64,000 bases of DNA from Coraliomargarita sp. GTDB lineage: Bacteria > Verrucomicrobiota > Verrucomicrobiia > Opitutales > Coraliomargaritaceae. The notes beneath the pieces were generated by a model. That model saw only the letters and a list, made by a program, of their open reading frames with translations, was not told the DNA's origin and searched no databases. The DNA lies in the NCBI GenBank assembly GCA_965216325.1, contig OZ244160.1, forward strand, positions 576,001 through 640,000, in the 5' to 3' direction. Numbering within the stretch: position 1 is the stretch's first letter; each line of letters starts with the position of its first letter. A program made the translations under genes and the position numbers. Shown here in pieces: positions 62,924-64,000 of this stretch.

Positions 62924-64000
62924 TTACATATCGATATGGAACAGACCGCGACCTTCTTTTTCGTCAGATGCTGCTTCGTTTTCCTCTGAATTTTCTTCAG
63001 TTTCGTTATACTGATTCGAGTATTCAGGAATGACGCTTTCCTCGACGTAAGTGTCACCTAAATCTTGCTTAATGATGTAGTCGCGGATGATAGCTGAATC
63101 GATTGCATTCTGGATCTCCTTATCGGTTTCAGTTGCCGCATCTTCTGGGCTGGTGAGGACCGTTGGCTGTAGGAAGATGATGAGTTCAATGCGCTGGTAG
63201 TCACGTCCCTTGCTGCCAAATAGGCCGCCGATCAGTGGCAAGTCGCCCAAGCCCTCAAGCGAGCTATCGGATTGATCTTGGCGGTTCTCCTGCAGGCCAC
63301 CGAGGACGATCACATCCTGATCGCTGACACTAACAAATGATTTTGCTTCGCGCTTGGTAATAATCGGTTGGTCGTTTTGGTCGATGCGCACCGTTCCACT
63401 GACGTCTTCGATTAACTGTTCCACTTCCATTTGGACGGTGCCGTCCGCGCCGATGAGGGGGGTCACAGTTAATTGGATACCGATGTCACGATATTCGACG
63501 GTGCTTCGAGTATTGTTATTACTGTCTAGGGAGCTGGTAGATGAAGTGACGATTGGGCGCGACTCACTGACGTTGATGACCGCTTCCTGATTGTGGCTCA
63601 CGACGATAACCGGTGTAGAAATAATGCGCACGTTGGATTTGCTTTCGGCGGTGCCGAGAACCAAGTCCATGCTGAAATCCTTCAGAGAGAATACTGCGCT
63701 GGATCCCGCCGCGGTAGTGCCCCCAATGTTAATCTCATTGCTGTCCTCTAGATTGTAATCGAGTTCGAAGCTATCGATGCCGCGAGATTCATCGTCGCGT
63801 AGGCCAACTTGTGTAATGATCGCTTCAATACGAACCTGCGGTAGAGGGCGGTCGATTTTGTCGATTAGATCTTTCAATGTACGTAGGTCGCTTTGAGTGC
63901 CGTAGGCGACAATCGAATTGGTGCGTTCGTCTGCAGAGAGGCCAACGAAATTGGAGAATTGAAGGGTGCTACTTGCCTCGCCGCCAGCAGCGGCAACTGC
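62924..64000 (-). CDS. Type II secretion/type IV pilus secretin (GspD-like), 5'-truncated by the window end
   Basis: IDKIDRP.PQV.IEA, EYRDIGIQL.VTP, VLGGL, DLPLIGGLF and ELIIFL.P motifs. Confidence 0.9.
   Translation of the reverse strand, partial: AVAAAGGEASSTLQFSNFVGLSADERTNSIVAYGTQSDLRTLKDLIDKIDRPLPQVRIEAIITQVGLRDDESRGIDSFELDYNLEDSNEINIGGTTAAGSSAVFSLKDFSMDLVLGTAESKSNVRIISTPVIVVSHNQEAVINVSESRPIVTSSTSSLDSNNNTRSTVEYRDIGIQLTVTPLIGADGTVQMEVEQLIEDVSGTVRIDQNDQPIITKREAKSFVSVSDQDVIVLGGLQENRQDQSDSSLEGLGDLPLIGGLFGSKGRDYQRIELIIFLQPTVLTSPEDAATETDKEIQNAIDSAIIRDYIIKQDLGDTYVEESVIPEYSNQYNETEENSEENEAASDEKEGRGLFHIDM

Overview
A mostly housekeeping 64-kb window. Gene content and protein style suggest a marine Verrucomicrobiota (Opitutales/Coraliomargarita-like) chromosome, which is inference only. 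Recognisable genes include pyc, a signal-peptide Ni-SOD, glmS, glgC, nifJ, a glucosylglycerate/mannosylglucosylglycerate gene set, argA, xerD, two tRNA-Leu, metK-ahcY-apt, a nucleobase-salvage operon, ppk1/ppk2 and a partial secretin. The intergenic DNA is crowded with small palindromic repeats: a RAYT with its own REPINs, several other GTAG-type REP families, AT-rich inverted repeats and nested composites. The most striking structure is a pair of large Y1-HUH transposase-like genes (12815-13837 and 29941-30921). Both are preceded by tandem, variably truncated copies of their own 5' end that all start at the same AACG, 72 bp before the ATG. They share about 670 near-identical bp and then diverge abruptly. 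Copy 1 lies between two copies of the last ~195 bp of glmS that differ only by four synonymous substitutions. This fits a fixed-origin, variable-terminus (one-ended, rolling-circle-like) element that captured the glmS 3' end and re-entered a chromosome by homologous recombination. The mechanism is a hypothesis, and an assembly artefact needs to be excluded.
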